From: the human T2T-CHM13v2.0 reference genome, Homo sapiens
DNA length: 64,000 bases
Assembly (NCBI RefSeq): GCF_009914755.1
Contig: NC_060926.1
Strand: one strand, 5' to 3'
The notes under the pieces are model-generated. The model had not been told where the DNA came from. It was given only the letters and a program-made list of their open reading frames with translations, and searched no databases. A program made the position numbers and the translations under genes. Below, one piece after another: positions 63,821-64,000 of this stretch (the first letter of the stretch is position 1; the number at the start of each line of letters is the position of its first letter).

Positions 63821-64000
63821 TGTATTAGTCTGTTCTCACATTGCTATAAAGAACTACCTGAGACTGGGTAATTTATGAAGAAAAGAGGTTTAATTCACTC
63901 ACAGTTCTGCAGGCTGTACAGGGAGCATGGCTGGGAGGCCTCAGGAAACTTACAATTATGGCAGAATGCAAAGGGGAAGAAAGCGCATCTTCACATGTAG
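63821..64000 (-). mobile_element. MSTA-like MaLR LTR, runs off the window
   Basis: tgtattagtctgttctcacattgctataaagaactacctgagactgggtaattta...ggaggcctcaggaaacttacaat. Confidence 0.9.

Overview
Primate (very likely human) non-coding genomic DNA, AT-rich and dense in interspersed repeats: AluY/S/J, FLAM, L1PA8-like, L1PB1-like, L1MA, L1ME/MC, MIR, L2, MaLR/ERVL solo LTRs, Tigger3a, MER2B and MER58A. I find no supportable protein-coding gene, RNA gene, CRISPR array or processed pseudogene. Every ORF with recognisable homology is a decayed L1 ORF1/ORF2 or Alu-derived fragment, and I cannot name the locus. Repeat subfamily calls come from recalled consensus sequences, not an alignment run, and boundaries of old elements are approximate. 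The most notable unexplained signals are: (i) several locally templated inverted duplications (a 73-bp-arm hairpin at 1886-2060, a 29-bp inverted copy at 31905/32209, interlocked inversions at 1568-1603 and 37895-37940); (ii) a 3 x 86-bp tandem repeat at 46186-46452 and a cluster of short tandem duplications beside a long TA tract at ~24.3-24.7 kb; (iii) two repeat-poor islands that look regulatory (~15.6-18.4 kb and ~54.5-56.5 kb). I do not see convincing evidence of a new biological system.
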